From contig NC_043000.1 of assembly GCF_006345805.1 (NCBI RefSeq), positions 118,234,001 to 118,298,000 of the forward strand: 64,000 bases of DNA, given 5' to 3'. The first letter of the stretch is position 1, and each line of letters begins with the position of its first letter. Both the position numbers and the translations under genes were made by a program. Source of the DNA: Octopus sinensis. Its lineage: Eukaryota. Under the pieces are notes generated by a model. The model did not search any database. It saw only the letters and a list, made by a program, of their open reading frames with translations, and was not told the origin of the DNA. This document shows positions 51,540 to 63,445 of the stretch, piece by piece.

Positions 51540-51755
51540 TCTTTTATTTGTTTCAGTCATTTGAATGCGGCCATGCTGGAGCACCGCCTTTAGTCGAGCA
51601 AATCGACCCTAGGACTTATTCTTTGTAAGCCTAGTACTTATTCTATCAGTCTCTTTTGCCGAACCACTAAGTTACGGGGATGTAAACACACCAGCATCGG
51701 TTGTCAAGCGATGTTGGGAGGACACAGACACATAAACACACACACACACACACAC

Positions 51756-51797
<42 letters not shown>

Positions 51798-51965
51798 CAT
51801 ATATATACGACGGGATTCTTTCAGTTTCCGTCTACCAAATCCACTCACAAGGCTTTGGTCAGCCCGAGGCTGTAGTAGAAGACAGTTGCCCAAGGTGCCA
51901 CGCAGTGGGACTGAACCCGGAACGATGTGGCTGGTAAGCAAGCTACTTACAACACAGCCACTCCT
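51540..51965 (-). mobile_element. SINE family B, near full length
   Basis: Head at about 51965, internal (CA)/(TA) microsatellite, tail to about 51540. Confidence 0.8.
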
Positions 51966-52091
51966 GCGCACACGAGCTACTTATCACACAGCCACTCCTG
52001 CGCACACACCTAATGTGAAAAAAAATTTCAGCTCTCCTTATTTGTTTAAATATTGATTTAACATAATGGCCTTTATCTTATTTTTTTCCAG

Positions 52092-52367
52092 GGTTTATTG
52101 TAAACGGTGTGATCAATGCAAACATGAGTACAGTAGAAAAACGGTTTGAATTGCCCAGCAGTATGTCTGGATGGATCGCCAGCGTTTACGATATAACGGC
52201 AGCGCCTATTGCTTTGTTCGTCTGCTTCAAAGGCGCCGTAAACTACAAACTACGCTGGCTTGGTTATGGCTTCATCACCTTCAGTCTGGGCTCTTTTGTT
52301 ATGGCATTGCCACATATTTTTGCGGACACTTATACATGGGACGAAAGAACTGCTGTTAATTGCTTAA
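52092..52367 (+). CDS. SLCO: SLCO/OATP coding exon 2
   Basis: TTTTTTTCCAG| acceptor; 276 nt, phase 1-1; GFIVNGVINANMSTVEKRFELPSSMSGWIASVYDI...RWLGYGFITFSLGSFVMALPHIF matches SLCO TM1-3; donor TTAA|GTAAGT. Confidence 0.93.
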
Positions 52368-52700
52368 GTAAGTATTTTTGTATAAGTTCTTCTTTCGAGA
52401 TAACACAATATCTTAAAATAGCTACAAATGTGATACATTTTATTGTCGAATATAAATCGCACTAAATACGACTTACTAATGAAGAATTTTTAAAGTTTGG
52501 GGATGGAGGTGCTCGTGGGGTTGAGGGACTTAATTCTGTGTATGCTGTGACTTACTGTAAATAAGTAAATAATAGATAGCCTAATGAATAGATTTAGCCA
52601 AGAGCTTGTTGATAAGACGGCCCAATTTATGTTTTACTTGCCTTCAGTGAACAGGTTGCGGTCTCAAAGCGACGAAAATATTTTGACAAATTAAATTTAA

Positions 52701-53055
52701 ACTAGCACTATGCCCCGGCAGTGCTAGTGCATGCATATACAGCTGCGTGCGTGCGCACACACACGCAAGTACTGTCCAAATCTCCGACCAATCACATACA
52801 GCTAGCTGACATTCAATTGGCGTATCAAGTTTCGGGCATTTTGATTGGGTTTGGGATAGAAAATTCACAAAAAAGTCACTTCTAATGATTTTTTAACGGC
52901 TTTGCGGGGTGACTGGGGAAATGTAAAGATGTGCACGACCACCCTTGGACGGTTTTGAATGACCATAGAAAGTGCGAGCCCTCTAACAGAAAAAATGTGG
53001 ATTTGTATAAAGGACACGCACACACACACACATTTTGCCGTTTATATATATAGAG
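52701..53055 (+). mobile_element. Non-autonomous Helitron/Helentron-like element
   Basis: Starts with the hairpin ACTAGCACTATGCCCCGGCAGTGCTAGT and ends CACACATTTTGCCGTTTATATATATAGAGA. Confidence 0.5.
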
Positions 53056-55386
53056 ATGTTGAAGTGAATCTAACGGATTTTGTGTTTCTTAAATGGCTTA
53101 TAAACACCTTCCACGCTGCAATTGTTTTCGTTCCAGCACACGATCTTAGATCAGGTCACTTACTATGCTCCTAGGGCTATAAACGTCAGTAGCACTATCA
53201 TGTATAGGACGTCACACTTGGTTAGCAATTATATGTCACGGTTCCGTACTGATACTGTTTATATCTCGCTCAGAGATTTAATATAGTTTGTTTTTAAATA
53301 TATAATTTGTCTAGTAACGTTTAATGAGAAATAGCGGAGATTTATGAGGCTCATGAATTCCTGTGATGTTAATGCTGACATTTTCGCAAACACAAACAGC
53401 GACAAATAATGTTGATATATAGGCGCAGACATGAGTATGTAGTTGACAGCTCCCTTTGTAATCACTTGGTTTCGGGTTCAATCTCTATGTGTAACCCCTT
53501 GGGAAAATCGTCTTTTAATATAGCCCCGGAGCGACAAATTCTTTGTGAAGCAATCTGGTTGACGGAAACGACTGGCTGCATTTAGTTTTCGTCTACTAAA
53601 TCCACTGACAGGGCTTTATTCGGCCCAAGGCTATAGTAGAAAACACCTGCCCAAGGTGTCACGCAGTGGAACTGAACCCAGAAGCCATGTGGTTGGAAAG
53701 TAAGCTTCTTATCACACAGTCACACCTATGTTAGTTCCAATCGGTTGTAAATGAGCATCGACCTCGTACAAGTGATGTTCTTTACTATTCTAACGTGAAA
53801 AGCATGTCTCACTATGGAGGGAAACCTTAGTTCGGTGACATGAAGGGCATCTATCTGTAGAAAATCTGCCTCAACAATTCTGTCTGACACATACAAACAT
53901 AGAAAAGACAATGCTAAATGATGGTGGGCACAGTTCATTTTTCTGAAAAAGGTTTAAGCAAAGAGGAAAATTTTGAATGATTTTAAAATTTTAAAAGAAA
54001 TTTCTTTTTTTGTTTTGTTTTGAATCATTTTTAATTGTTATTCATTTTTGATAATGTTAATTTCAAATTGGTATAAAATTCATTTTTACTTGCCTAGCCT
54101 GCTGTTATACTTTGAATGTGACTGTGTGTTGACACAAAAGCAGTAACATTGCAGGCAAGGCCTGATTAAGTCCCATAGAGGGCCTAAGCACTTAAAAGGT
54201 TTGGGTACCCTCAAGTATATGTAAATGGTTCAAAATGTAAACAAAAATAATTCAGAATGTAAACGATAATAAACCATAAAATAAATTTCTACTTTTCAAA
54301 ATGAAACAAAACTAACAGCATGATGGAGAACAATGTTTATTTGTGTATACTTCCATTTTATTTATATTTGAAAAGTAGTTTTCTCCTTCGTTTTTTATTA
54401 ATTTTATTATTTTTTATTATTTTTAAAGTGTTTGATGATATCCCTTAAATCCTTAAAATCCTTTAAAATGTTTTAGCCCGAAGGCCGCGGCCAAAATTAA
54501 TTTTACGTAAAATTTCTGCTTCTATACTTGGTAGAGATAAGGCATTACGAATATTATTTTAACAAGTTTAAAGTGATTTCTTTTGTGCCGTAAACCATTT
54601 TCATTTCTGTTGTGCCTCCGTCACTTGATGCACTAAGTACGTGCTTATTTTCTTAATGGGTTAATCCAGCGCTGACTGCAGGAGAGTTTTGTTTTTAATA
54701 ATGCACAAAGCTGTTAGTTTTTTAAAGAATGCACAAAGCAGTTTTATTGATTATACAGTTTAGTATCAATAAATCGAAGGTGTCATGCTGGCAGAATCGT
54801 TACCATGCTGACCAAAATGCTTAGCAGTATTTCTTCCAAGGCGGCTAACTGGCAGAAACGTTAGCACGCCAGGCGAAATCCTTAGCTGTATTTCGTCTGC
54901 CATTATGTTCTGAGTTCAAATTTCGCCGAGGTCGACTTTGCCTTTCATCCTTTCGGGGTCCATTAAATATTCGATTGTAAGTTATTTTATTGAACGATAT
55001 TTCAACAATATGTCTGTCTTTGTCAAGTTCAAAATAAGAAGTGATAAAAATTCAGAAATTTAAACGTAAAGTGTGAACGAGAGCAAGTAGCGTCCGCACG
55101 TTGATGGAACGACATCATAAGTTTTTAAGTCTTTAACAGGCGAAAAGAAAAAAAAACAGAAAAAAGGAAAGAAAAAGAGAGAAAGAAGAATATTTAATCA
55201 AACAGCTTTGTATAAATTTGATGATATTCTCCTGTCGTCTTATTCATTCCTACAGGGCGTGATGCTAATAACCTGCAAACATATTTCTCCTCATACATTC
55301 TGAGAAGTGAAAGCGAAGTAGATTCAGAATATTTTCTGAGAATATGCACCTTCAAGTCTTCTTCAAAAATACACAGAAAGTTCGAA

Positions 55387-57014
55387 AGATTTCCTCCAAT
55401 GCGCCCAATTGGCAGCGGATATGAATGTTGCACGTCCAAAATTTTGGAATGGCTGGATGACTTTCCCGCCGCAAAACGATCAAGTTCCTATATTCGGAAT
55501 ATGTTTGATTTTGTATCTAAAATCAATAACTTTTTCAAGCACCGAGGCCATATTGAGAACTATCTTTTGGTAACCATGGATGTTTCTTCCTTATATCCCA
55601 ATATTGACCACAATGAGGGGGTTGAAGCATGCATGGATGCCTTCGAAAAGCGGTCAAACAAAATTATTCCATCAAATTTTCTCTGTAGATTTTTGAGGTT
55701 TGTGTTAGAAAGTAACACAGTGAAGTTTAGACAAAGATTTTACCACCAGGCGAAGGGTTGCACCATGGGTAACCCCATGGCAGTTAATTTCGCTAATGTC
55801 TTCATGACGAAATTCGAGACACAGTTACCGAAGACATTCAAATCCTTTCATGGTCATGAACCAATACTCTGGTTACGGTTCATTGACGATGTATTTTTTG
55901 TCTGGGAAGGATCACAGGATATTTTAATGGACTTCTTGCATTTCTGTGACTGTTATGCTAGAAACTATGGCTTTAAGTCCAACATAAAATTTACGTCTTG
56001 TTTTTCAAAAACTAGCGTTGAATTTTTGGACACAAAAGTCACGTTTTCTGGAGGCAGAATAACGAGAGAATTATTTTGCAAGCCCACGTTATCCCACATT
56101 TATCATCCTCATCATCTTATTCGGTCAAATCCGAAATCCCAATTTTTGAGGATAAAACGCATTTGTACTGACAGGGGATTACTGGAAACATGCAAATGCT
56201 TTTGTATGTCAATATGTCAAACGCGGTTACAGTGAATCACGATTAAAGGAAATAGCAAATGAAATAGCTAAGATTGGCAAAGATGGTCAAACCTATACGC
56301 ATAATTTTAGCAAACACAATACAATAGAAGACAGAATTCCTTTAGTGATTAACTGACACCGACATTTCGCTGGCATTTCAAAAGTGTTGCATAAGAGTTA
56401 CCAGCATGTGGCGAAAAAATATCCTCGCTTCAAACAGATATTTCCTCAGCCGCCTATTGTAGCCTTTAGACGGAATAAGAATATAAGAGAATTATTGACC
56501 TCTATATCTGACTCCATGAAAACGAACATTGGAGTATCTACACGCTGTACCTTAAAGAACAGCTGCAAGAGAGGTAATCCCTGTTCATTGTGCAACAACA
56601 TGAGTGAAGTGAATTCCGTCAGAAATCATAACAGAAATGTTATGATTTATACAGAAGGTGGAACATGTAAAGATTCCCATTTGGTGTACGCTGCAGAATG
56701 CACAAAAACTCAACTTAATTTATGTTCGTTGCACAACGGAACAATTAAACAAAAGGTTTAATGGGCTCAGATTCGACGTCAGGCACAATAACAGTAGTTT
56801 GACAGAACTTGCTGAACATTTCGTTTCAAGCAGCTGCAATTTTGAAGAAGACTTGAAGGTGCATATTCTCAGAAAATATTCTGAATCTACTTCGCTTTCA
56901 CTTCTCAGAATGTATGAGGAGAAATATGTTTGCAAGTTATTAACATCACGCCCTGGAGGAATAAATAAGATGACAGGAGAATATCATCAAATTTATACAA
57001 AGCTGTTTGATTAA
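55387..57014 (+). pseudogene. Penelope RT plus GIY-YIG endonuclease coding relic
   Basis: PPMRPIGSG, LVTMDVSSLYPNID, QAKGCTMGNPMAVNFANVFM, WLRFIDDVFFVW; then CKDSHLVYAAEC, QLNKRFN and TSRPGGINK; split across frames. Confidence 0.9.
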
Positions 57015-57172
57015 ATATTCTTCTTTCTCTCTTTTTCTTTCCTTTTTTCTGTTTTTTTTTCTTTTCGCCTGTTAAAAGACTTAAAAACTTATGATGTCGT
57101 ACCATCAACGTGCGGACGCTACTTGCTCTCGTTCACACTTTACGTTTAAATTTCTGAATTTTTATCACTTCT

Positions 57173-57224
57173 TATTTTGAACTTGACAAAGACAGACATA
57201 TTGTTGAAATATCGTTCAATAATA
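57173..57224 (+). ncRNA. Type I hammerhead ribozyme motif, U3/A8 variant core, in the Penelope pLTR; mirror copy at about 54985-55037 on the minus strand
   Basis: TTGAAC-UUGACAA-A-GACA(GACATAT)TGTT-GAA-AUAU-C-GTTCAA: helix I, core, helix II, palindromic helix III, AUC cleavage triplet. Confidence 0.65.
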
Positions 57225-57344
57225 TAACTTACAATCGAATCTCGCTCTTCTTCTTGACTGTTTACCTTTGTAAAGAGTTACATCAATCCTTTTTTTAAAT
57301 ATATTATTATTATTATTATTATTATCATTATTATTATTATTATT

Positions 57345-57520
57345 CATCGAAAAATACCTTAGGAATGAGAACCCATGTTCGAAATTTCCCCAAGACACCT
57401 GATGAAGGCTGGAGGGTATATCAGCCGAAATGTTGTGTTAACAACAAACAAGATGAGGACAAATATCCGCAAAATGTAAATAATGTACATAATTCCTCAT
57501 TTCTCAAATATAAAACTGTA
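57345..57520 (+). mobile_element. Short hammerhead-bearing non-autonomous element; second copy at about 59224-59395
   Basis: Two copies of about 170 bp starting CATCGAAAAATACCTTAGGAATGAGAACCC, each next to (AAT)n. Confidence 0.7.
57393..57440 (+). ncRNA. Type I hammerhead ribozyme motif, canonical core
   Basis: GACAC-CUGAUGA-A-GGCUG(GAGGGUAUAU)CAGCC-GAAA-UGUU-GUGUU. Confidence 0.7.
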
Positions 57521-57919
57521 TTACTAGACATCTGTCACTGAGGAGCCAAAAAAAAGGGGGTGTAATCACATGATCTGGAAGTTACAGCAGCTGTAGCAGA
57601 CGGTTCTTGTCTGTCAATGATATAAATCTGAGTGTTTTTATGCACCATTAATCCATATGAGAGATCCTCTTAAGGTAAATAACGTAATATTCTGTATTGT
57701 AACACAATATCCACATTAAGTTGCTGATAGAGGTTGCCATTTGGTACTAACACTGCTTCTGCCACGATTAATCCTTTTTTAATTAATAGTGTCAATTTAT
57801 ACAGCTTAAAACCATTCAAGGCAGTGTCCCAGCAAGGCCATAGTCTAATAAATGAAACAACCAATAAAAAATTATCAAATTTTTAGGGATGTTTATATAC
57901 TTTTATTTTTTTCCAACAG

Positions 57920-58096
57920 AAACCTCAAATGGAGCCGCTTCTTGCAGGGACGAACACAACAAGAGTTTACAGGAATATCTTGGAGTGTTTCTCTTAGGGC
58001 AAATATTTCACAGTGTAGGTGGGAGTATTCTTTATTCACTTGGAATTACTGTGGTGGATGACATTGTAAAACCTATTAAAACACCATTTTATATAG
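57920..58096 (+). CDS. SLCO: SLCO/OATP coding exon 3
   Basis: TTCCAACAG| acceptor; 177 nt, phase 1-1; YLGVFLLGQIFHSVGGSILYSLGITVVDDIVKPIKTPFYIG matches SLCO TM4-5; donor ATAG|GTGAGT. Confidence 0.93.
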
Positions 58097-59569
58097 GTGA
58101 GTAAACCACCTGGATTTATTTCCAACTTATTTACTATCAATAACAATTTAATTTTTGTATTTGGTTCGCAAAGATCTTGATGTCAGTGGGATGTATCATG
58201 GGTTGTTCGTTATGCTAATAATGAATACACACTGGTTATATTTCACTTCTTTATTTATTTGTCATTTTATCATCGTCGTCGTTTAACGTCTGCCTTCCAT
58301 GCTGGCATGGGTTGGATGGTTTGACAGGAGCTGGCCAGGCAGGAACCTATGCCAGAGTCTCGTGTCTGTTTTGGCAGGGTTTTTACAGCTGGATGCCTTT
58401 CTAACACCAACCACTCCACCGGAAGGACTGGGTGCTTTTTACATGGCACTTGCAAAGGCAAGGCCAGTTTTGGTGTTGTTTTTACAGCTGGATGCCCTTC
58501 CAAATGCCAACCACTTTATAGTATGAATTGGATGCTTTTTAAGTTGCGTCTGCACTGGTAGGGTCACCAAATAATTTTGCAAGACAAGGAATCTTTGTGA
58601 GGTGGGAAGGGGGGTGTCATCGGAGGAGGTGATCTTGTGTAAGGTGATGAATGGTTGGAGTGAGAGAGAGAAAAAGGTGTCTTGCTGTAGATGAGGTACA
58701 TGGTTACCTAGCCGAAAGAATGAAGGAAGGAAGGGGAAAGAAGGGAAGGAAGGAAAGAAAGAAGAGGAAAGAAAGAAGAGAAGGAAGAAAGGAAACAGCA
58801 TACAATGCATACAATGCAGACCTGAGCTCACTGGGTCCTGTCAAACTGTCCAACCCATGAAACATGGTTGTTAAGTGATTTTATATGTATAGGAACAGGT
58901 GTGGTTGTGGTAAGTAGCTTGCTTACCAACCACATGGTTCTGGACTCAGTCCTACTGCGTGGTTCCTTGGGCAAGAGTCTTCTGCTATAGCCTTGGGCTG
59001 ACCAAAGCCTTGTTGGTGGATTAGATAGACGGAAACTGAAAGTAGCCCATCGTATATGTGTGTGTTTGTCTCCACCATCATTGCTTGACAATCGATGTTG
59101 GTGTGTTTATCTCCCCCATAACTTAGTGTAGTGGTTAAGAGTGTGGGCTACTAACTCCATGATTCTGAGATTCATTCAAGGCAGTGACCTGAATAATAAT
59201 GATAATAATAATAACAACAACAACATCGAAAAATACCTTAGGAATGAGAACCCAGGTTCGAAATTTCCCCAAGACACCTAATGAAGGCTGGAGGGTATAT
59301 CAGCTGAAATGTGTTGACAACAAACAAGATGAGGACAAATATCTGTCAAATGTAAATAATGTACATAATTCCTCATCACTTAAATATAGAACTGTATTAA
59401 CTGATCATAGTGTGCTTATGTCCTTATAATCTAGAGGTTCAGCAAAAGAGATTGATAGAATAAGAACCAGGCTTACAAAGAATAAGTCCAGGGATCAGTT
59501 TCTTCAACTAAAAGGCACTGTTCCAGCACAGCCACAGTCAAAATGACTGAAACTAGTAAAAGAATACAA

Positions 59570-60432
59570 GTGCAGAAAACAGGTTCCTTCACATGTGAGG
59601 AGGGAAAACTAGAGGTAGTTGATAGCTTCCGTTACCAAGGTGACCAAGTCAGTAGCAGGGTTGAATGCTCTGAGTGTGTAGCTGCTAGAATAAGAATAGC
59701 CTGGGAAAAGTTCAGTGAGCTTCTACCTCTACTAATAACAAAGAGCTTCTCACTCAGTGAAAGGTAAACTATATGACACATGTGTGTGAACAGCCATGCT
59801 ACACAGCAGTGAATCATGGGCCATGACTGCTGAGGACATGCATAAGCTTGCAAAAAATGAAGCTAGTATGCTTGGCTGGATGTGCAATGTCAGTGTGCAT
59901 ACAGGACAGTGTAAGTGCCCTGAGAGAAAAGTTGGACATGAGAAGCACTAGATGTGGTGTGCAAGAGAGACGACTGTGCTGGTATGGTCATGTGTTACAT
60001 ATGAATGAGGACAGCTGCGTGAAAAAGTGTCACACCATAGCAGTAGAGAGAGAACCTGTGGAAAAGGTAGAGCCAGGAAGACCTGGGATGAAGTGGTGAA
60101 GCATGACCTTCAAACGTTGGGCTTCACAGAGGCGATGACCAGTGACCAAAACCTTAGATATGCTGTGCTTGCGGAGACCTGGTGGCATGTAAAAAAAAGC
60201 ACCATTCAAGTGTGGTCGATGCCAGTACTGCCTGACTGGCCCTCATGCCGGTGGCACATAAAAAGCACCTACTACACTCTCAGAGTGGTTGGCATTAGGA
60301 ATGGCATCCAGCTGTAGAAACCTTGCCAGATCAGATTGGAGCCTGGTACGGCCTTCCAGCTTGCCAGTCCTCTGTGAAACCGTCCAACCCATGCCAGCAT
60401 GGAAAGCAGACGTTAAACAACAATGATGACGA
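59570..60432 (+). mobile_element. RTE-clade LINE 3' part with 3' UTR and (GAT)n tail
   Basis: LEVVDSFRYQGD, ARIRIAWEKFSELLPLL, RRLCWYGHVLHM and GRARKTWDEVV; UTR ends AACCCATGCCAGCATGGAAAGCAGACGTTAAAC plus a GAT repeat. Confidence 0.8.
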
Positions 60433-60958
60433 TGATATATATATATATATATATATATTATCTATAATAATAAAGGGTAAAATTAATTAATTAATTAGTA
60501 ATTAATAATTCTCCCAAGTATTATTCAGCAAGTAGTATTACCATTATCAATAAACTTAAACAATATTTTTTATAATTAAGAGTATAATTATAATTAGGGT
60601 TCATCAAAAAAATTTGCTTCACCACATACCGAAATTTAGAAATAGCAGCCAAAGAAACTAGCTATTTCTTCTAATGTAAGAAAAATCTCCCAGATAACAT
60701 ATACATATTAGTGAGTGAGAGAGAGAGAAAGAGATATAGATATATAGATATATACACATATATATTAATAATAATAAACAGTATAGAGACTGGTACATCC
60801 ACAAATTTATTTTATAATCATTACAAATTGGAAGAATTCATGGAGTGACTAATAACTAATTGTAGTCACAGACTTTAGATACTAACCATTAGGGTTAGCC
60901 ATTAACTGAAACTTAACTGAGAGCTAATACAGTATCTGTCCAGATAATCTCTCCAAAC

Positions 60959-61058
<100 letters not shown>

Positions 61059-61061
61059 CAA

Positions 61062-61336
61062 ATTAGGAAAAAACACCTTTTATCAAATTACACCATCTAG
61101 AAAATTACATACAATAGAAATATTAAAATTAAATTAACAATAATATACCGATGATTAACTAAATTGCAAAATAATAATAATAATAATAATAAAATAATAA
61201 TAAATTATTTTGCAATTTACGTAATCATCGGTATATTATTGTTATTTTAATTTTAATATTTCTATTATATGTAATTTTCTAGATGGTGTAATTTGATTGT
61301 TCATTTTGAATTGATAAAAGGTGTTTTTTTTCTAAT
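61062..61336. repeat. AT-rich foldback with an (AAT)n loop
   Basis: Arm of about 115 bp (61062-61178) mirrored at about 61203-61336; the right arm has an insertion of about 18 bp. Confidence 0.85.
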
Positions 61337-61599
61337 ATTTATATATATATTATATATTTCGTGAAATTTGATTTAGTATTTCTAAATTGAATTTTTCCCT
61401 GTAAGTTAGGAATAATATTCCCTCAAATAATTATTATATATTTATATATATATTACATACATATAAATAAAGGCCATTCTCATACAGTTTGCAATGTGTG
61501 GGAAATTGCAAATTGTGAGATAAAAAAAAGGAAAACAATTCATCAAATATAAGCTACAGCTAAATATTGAAATACCTACCATTATCAATAAATATGAAC

Positions 61600-62185
61600 T
61601 CGTTGCACGCACACACACACAAAACATTCCCATAAAGCCAAATATAACACACAGACCACAATAGCACATGCACATCACACACACATACACACACACACAC
61701 ATACACATACACACACCACACACACACACACAAACACACAAAACGTTCCCATAAAGCCAAATATAACACACAGACCACAATATAACACACACACCACAAT
61801 AGCACATGCACATCACACACGCATGCACACACACAAAACATTCTCATAAAACCAAGCACACACCACAATATAATACACACACCACGATATAACACCCACA
61901 CCACAATAATACACACACACACACACAACATTCACATAAAACCAACTGCACACTACAATATAATACACACAAACCACAATAGCACAGACGCCCACACACA
62001 CACACACAAAACATTCACATAAAACCAGTCACATACCACAATAGCACACACACACACAAACAAAACATTCCCTCCACCAAAAAAACAAAAACATATACAC
62101 ACCCACCACAATATGCAAAACATATTTCCAAAAAACAAAAACACACATACACTAAACATACATGCACACTCACACACACACACAC
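61600..62185. repeat. CA-rich compound minisatellite
   Basis: Recurring CACACACAAAACATT.CCATAAA.CCAA...ACCACAATA units. Confidence 0.85.
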
Positions 62186-62297
62186 CAGAAATAATTCCTT
62201 CCAAATCCTTGGAATGTCCATCCTTAAAAGAAGCCACTGACCACTGGCCATATTTTCTCAATAGAAAAAGAGAAAATAGAAAAATGTTTTGACAGTA

Positions 62298-62886
62298 CAG
62301 TATCTATCTTTGCGGGTGTTATGTTCCAAAACCTCCCGCAGAAATAATTAAAATCTAAAAAATATAAATACTTATTAGTTGCAGAAACCCGCAATATACT
62401 GAGGAGTCTACAATATAAATTTATATATATTAGTTGGGAAAATCTGCGATGTACTGAGTGGTTGATAGGTGAACCACAATGTGCTGAGAACATGATAGAT
62501 GAAGCGCAATGTAGTGAATATGCGATAGGTGAATCGTGATGTGCTGAAGCGTGATAGATGAACCACAATGTACTGTGTATGCGATAGGTGAATTGTGATG
62601 TGGTGAGAGTGTGATAGGTGAACCGCGATGTGCTGAGTGCACAATAGGTGAACCGCGATGTGCTGAGTGCACAATAGGTGAACCGCGATGTGTTGAGTGC
62701 ACGATAGGTGAACCGCGATGTGCTGAGTGTGCAATAGGGGAACTGCAATATGCTGAGTGTGCAATAGGTGAACTGCAATATGCTGAGTGTGCGATAGGTG
62801 AACCGCAATGTGCTGAGTGCATGACAGATGAACCACGATGTACTGAGTGTGCAATAGGTGAACCGCAATGTGGCAATGGATTACTG
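62298..62886. mobile_element. Tigger/pogo-like MITE with an expanded 30-bp subterminal minisatellite
   Basis: Left end TA-CAGTATCTATCTTTGCGGGTGTTATGTTCC; right end GGTGAACCGCAATGTGGCAATGGATTACTG; about 14 copies of GCGATAGGTGAACCGCGATGTGCTGAGTGT at 62460-62870. Confidence 0.6.
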
Positions 62887-63084
62887 AACATTCTAAAATT
62901 ACATACACACACACACACACAAACACACACAGCTGACCACTCTTGTAGTCAATTGAAGCTTCGTATTCAATTCAAAAGACTTCTTTTCAATAAAATTTAT
63001 GAAACTTGAATTCTTGAATCCCACTTCAAACCTACATAGCCAATATATATAAATATATATATATATATATAGCGAAGACATGTT

Positions 63085-63445
63085 GGGGAAAGCGAAATCG
63101 AAATCGAATTGAACCAGCCAGGATCCCTGGTCTGGTGGTACGTAAAAAGCACTATCCGACTCGTGGCCGATGCCAGCGCCACCTCGACTGGCTTCCGTGC
63201 CGGTGGCACATAAAATACACCAATCCGACCGTGGCCGTTGCCAGCCTCGCCTGGCACCTGTGCAGGTGGCACGTAAAAAGCACCCACTACACTCACGGAG
63301 TGGTTGGCGTTAGGAAGGGCATCCAGCTGTAGAAACATTGCCAGATAAGCCTGGTGCAGCCTTCTGGCTTCCCAGATCCCCGATCGAACCGTCCAACCCA
63401 TGCTAGCATGGAGAACGGACGTTAAGCGATGATGATGATGATGAT
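63085..63445 (+). mobile_element. SINE sharing the RTE 3' UTR tail; opposite-strand relative at about 58270-58520
   Basis: GGCACGTAAAAAGCAC repeats, GGAAGGGCATCCAGCTGTAGAAAC and AACCCATGCTAGCATGG..CGGACGTTAA plus (GAT)n, matching 60180-60432. Confidence 0.75.

Larger units (their letters stand above)
54969..57240 (+). mobile_element. Penelope-like retroelement, 5'-truncated, with an inverted pseudo-LTR
   Basis: 54969-55368 is the reverse complement of 56840-57240 with few mismatches; RT and GIY-YIG sequence lies between. Confidence 0.92.

Noticed and set aside
62460-62870. CRISPR-like array
   Set aside because: Units are contiguous tandem repeats without unique spacers; eukaryotic context and no cas genes.
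62224-63009. Long Cys/His-rich ORFs (IGEPRCAEC and related repeats) as a novel repeat protein
   Set aside because: They arise from a 30-bp minisatellite that is open on both strands, inside a MITE-like element, with no splice or codon evidence.
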